From: an uncultured Bacteroidales bacterium
GTDB taxonomy: Bacteria; Bacteroidota; Bacteroidia; Bacteroidales; Paludibacteraceae
DNA: 64,000 nt
Reading direction: 5' to 3'
Assembly: GCA_944321155.1 (NCBI GenBank)
Contig: CALUKG010000001.1
Location: forward strand, 4,283-68,282
The notes below the pieces were generated by a model. That model made no database searches. It was not told where the DNA came from and saw only the letters and a program-made list of their open reading frames with translations. This document shows positions 61,805 through 64,000 of this stretch, one piece after another. Numbering within the stretch: position 1 is the stretch's first letter; every line of letters begins with the position of its first letter. The position numbers and the translations under genes were made by a program.

Positions 61805-62359
61805 ATGTTGCAGGATATGAAAAAGTGGAATTTTAGAAGGAGGCAGCGCAAACACAAAAGGGAAGAAAAAGCATTCGTTTCCTATCAGGAAGCCAAACAC
61901 ATACTGCTTTTATTTCAAAGCCGTGGGCATGATAATGACCAAGTCATATTCAAAATTGCCGACCAGCTCAAGAAAGACGGAAAAACGGTAAGTGCCATTG
62001 GCTATGCCAACAAAAAGAAATACGGCACCTATCATACAGACAACATTCTCACCTTTTCAGGCAAAGAAACCGGTTTACTGGGTTTACCCAAACAGACCAT
62101 CATTGACTCACTTCAGAGCAAGAGCTATGACCTTTTGCTCAATTTTAGCTGCACATCAATCCTTCCTCTTGAATATCTACAACTTTACTCCAATGCATCA
62201 TGTATGGTCGGCGCAAGAATCTCCTATCTTCAAGAACCTGATTTAATGATTCAGATGCCCCAGCACTCCCAAAAGGAGTATTTTTTCACCAAGGAAGAAA
62301 CTCATTATTTGTTTGAACAAATGCGCTTTTACCTTAAAAGCATTCGCTCAAAACACTAA
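61805..62359 (+). CDS. hypothetical protein (conserved Bacteroidetes-type, no function recognised)
   Basis: The start is taken at MLQDMKKWNF (ATG 61805; ATG 61817 is also possible), downstream of the promoter motif. 184 aa with a basic N-terminus. Confidence 0.6.
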   Translation: MLQDMKKWNFRRRQRKHKREEKAFVSYQEAKHILLLFQSRGHDNDQVIFKIADQLKKDGKTVSAIGYANKKKYGTYHTDNILTFSGKETGLLGLPKQTIIDSLQSKSYDLLLNFSCTSILPLEYLQLYSNASCMVGARISYLQEPDLMIQMPQHSQKEYFFTKEETHYLFEQMRFYLKSIRSKH

Positions 62360-62367
62360 AAAAGTTG

Positions 62368-62375
62368 TATATTTG
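62368..62375 (+). promoter_or_regulatory. -7 promoter motif TATATTTG upstream of dapA
   Basis: It ends 25 nt before ATG 62401. Confidence 0.4.
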
Positions 62376-62400
62376 CATCCGCAAAAAGATATAATCCAAT

Positions 62401-63291
62401 ATGCAAAACAAGCTAAGAGGCATGGGCGTGGCATTGGTCACACCTTTTAAACAAGATGGGGATATTGATTTTGATGCTCTGAAACGCCTCGTCGAATATC
62501 AGATTACAAACGGAACAGATTACCTGGTTGTTCTTGGCACAACAGCTGAAACACCAACCCTCACAGAAGAAGAAAAAGAAGCCGTTATACAAACGGTAGT
62601 ATCGACCGTTCACGGCCGCGTCCCATTGGTATTGGGCATGGGCGGAAACAATACCCAAAGCCTTGTGAACAAGATACGTACAAGCGATTTCAACGGCATA
62701 GATGCCCTTTTGTCAGTTACTCCTTATTACAACAAGCCTTCTCAAGAAGGATTATACAGACACTATGAAGCCATAGCCAAGGCATCAAAATTGCCTATTA
62801 TCCTTTATAATGTACCTGGGAGAACCGGTGTCAACATGTTGCCGGAAACGACCCTCCGACTGGCACACGACTTTTCCAATATTGTTGCCATTAAGGAAGC
62901 ATCGGGTAATTTTACCCAAATAGACGACATTATCAAGAACAAGCCAGAACGCTTTTCCGTTATATCCGGCGATGACGGGATAACCTATCCACTGCTCACA
63001 TTGGGTGCTGTAGGCGTAATTTCCGTTATAGGCAACGCCTTTCCATACGAGTTTAGCCGTATGGTACGCTTGGCTCTAAATGGTGATTACCAACACGCAC
63101 TATTGATTCACCACCAATTTACGGAACTTATCAAACTGCTTTTTGTGGAAGGCAATCCTGCTGGTGTAAAAAGCATGCTGGCAGCTATGGGATTCATTGA
63201 AAACCGTCTTCGCCTGCCATTGGTGCCCACCACCATTACTACCTACGAAAAGATAAGACGTGTGCTTGACCAATTAGATATAAAGGCATAA
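62401..63291 (+). CDS. dapA: 4-hydroxy-tetrahydrodipicolinate synthase
   Basis: 296 aa. GVALVTPF, GTTAE(T/S)PTL, YN(V)PGRTG and AIKEASG (Schiff-base Lys) motifs. Confidence 0.95.
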   Translation: MQNKLRGMGVALVTPFKQDGDIDFDALKRLVEYQITNGTDYLVVLGTTAETPTLTEEEKEAVIQTVVSTVHGRVPLVLGMGGNNTQSLVNKIRTSDFNGIDALLSVTPYYNKPSQEGLYRHYEAIAKASKLPIILYNVPGRTGVNMLPETTLRLAHDFSNIVAIKEASGNFTQIDDIIKNKPERFSVISGDDGITYPLLTLGAVGVISVIGNAFPYEFSRMVRLALNGDYQHALLIHHQFTELIKLLFVEGNPAGVKSMLAAMGFIENRLRLPLVPTTITTYEKIRRVLDQLDIKA

Positions 63292-63358
63292 AAGCGAAAG
63301 TTTCCGCTACCATCTGGTTTTCAACAGAACCAGTAAGAAAAAAAGAGCGATAACAAAC

Positions 63359-63404
63359 AGAATGCCGTTTGAACAGCGATAAAACTCTGTTCAAACGGCA
63401 TTCT
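63359..63404. terminator. strong hairpin between convergent dapA and the TPR gene
   Basis: 18-bp perfect stem AGAATGCCGTTTGAACAG / CTGTTCAAACGGCATTCT with a 10-nt loop. Confidence 0.6.
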
Positions 63405-63436
63405 TATAAAAGGAAACAACTCTCTATTGCATAATA

Positions 63437-63468
63437 AAAGGATGCACCAGAAATCCGGTACATCCTTT
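63437..63468 (-). terminator. terminator hairpin after the TPR gene
   Basis: AAAGGATGCACC / GGTACATCCTTT (one mismatch), followed on the minus strand by TTATTAT. Confidence 0.45.
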
Positions 63469-63497
63469 AAATCCATTTCTTGTGAGAATATAGGATA

Positions 63498-64000
63498 TTA
63501 CATTCCCATTTCCTTGCTCAAAGCTTCATATTCAGCTTCCATACCCAAACGATAGTACAAAGCACGCAATGTACGTTTGTAGTCCATATCATCTGGAGCA
63601 GCTTCTACAGCTTGTTTGAAATAAGGAACTGACTGTTCAAACAAAGCATTAGCCTTAGCTTGTTCTGCCTCGAATGCAGCTTCATCCTTGATGTTGATGG
63701 CATCATCTTGAATTTTCACAGCCTGGTTATAATAAACACGTCCCATACCTGCATAAGCGTCAGCCAATTTCGGATCGAGTTCAACAGCTTTCTTGAAAGC
63801 TTCAATAGCAACTTCTCTATTGCCAAATGCTTCTTCCAAGTTACCTTTTACATAATGATACTGTGCGATACTCGGTTCTGCTTCAATAGCTGCATCCAAA
63901 TAAACCATAGCTTCTTTCTTCTGATCGGTGAAGATGAAGTGGTTGATAAGATTCTGGAGGAACCAAGGTTCTTGCGGGAACTTCTGGTGACCTTCTTTCA
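63498..64000 (-). CDS. tetratricopeptide-repeat protein, 5'-truncated by the window edge
   Basis: The frame stays open from 63908 to position 64000 (KEGHQKFPQEPWFLQNLINHFIFTDQKKEA precedes the first ATG). TPR-like A..A...Y..A patterns are present (AIEAFKKAVELDPKLADAYAGMGRVYY). Confidence 0.7.
   Translation of the reverse strand, partial: KEGHQKFPQEPWFLQNLINHFIFTDQKKEAMVYLDAAIEAEPSIAQYHYVKGNLEEAFGNREVAIEAFKKAVELDPKLADAYAGMGRVYYNQAVKIQDDAINIKDEAAFEAEQAKANALFEQSVPYFKQAVEAAPDDMDYKRTLRALYYRLGMEAEYEALSKEMGM

Overview
This window looks like a core chromosomal segment of a Bacteroidales (Bacteroidota) genome. The evidence is TTTG/TAnnTTTG promoter motifs in front of many genes, two proteins with type IX secretion (T9SS) C-terminal domains, pyrG-yidC adjacency, and a str/S10/spc/alpha ribosomal supercluster without tuf. 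Left to right the window holds: dnaG; murI preceded by an SRP-RNA-like gene; a hexuronate module (uxaC-kdgK-eda-exuT-like); a giant T9SS surface-protein locus plus a small lipoprotein; a GldB-like lipoprotein, yidC and pyrG; panDC; an Smr-domain gene, an SDR, HIT and greA. Next comes a 36-gene block, rpsL-rpsG-fusA-rpsJ...rplQ, on the minus strand between 25.9 and 43.8 kb, which includes rpmJ (absent from the ORF track). It is followed by truA-eamA; prfB with its programmed +1 frameshift; a C1 peptidase; a RecD-like helicase; an orphan gene plus a BspA-like LRR/T9SS protein; PadR with a PspC/DUF2807 membrane protein; pdxB; an outer-membrane barrel; dapA; and a partial TPR gene. The most unusual observations are these. 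(1) A single in-frame TAA splits a roughly 1,800-codon T9SS adhesin into a half with the signal peptide and a half with the sorting domain. (2) Two unrelated families of structured intergenic repeats are present; one of them flanks the orphan+LRR cassette as direct repeat clusters. (3) The SRP-like RNA has a non-GNRA apical loop and abuts the murI start codon. (4) Three complete tandem promoter modules sit upstream of the Smr gene. I did not recognise a clear-cut novel multi-gene system. All calls rest on reading the sequence and on recall of protein families; no searches were run.
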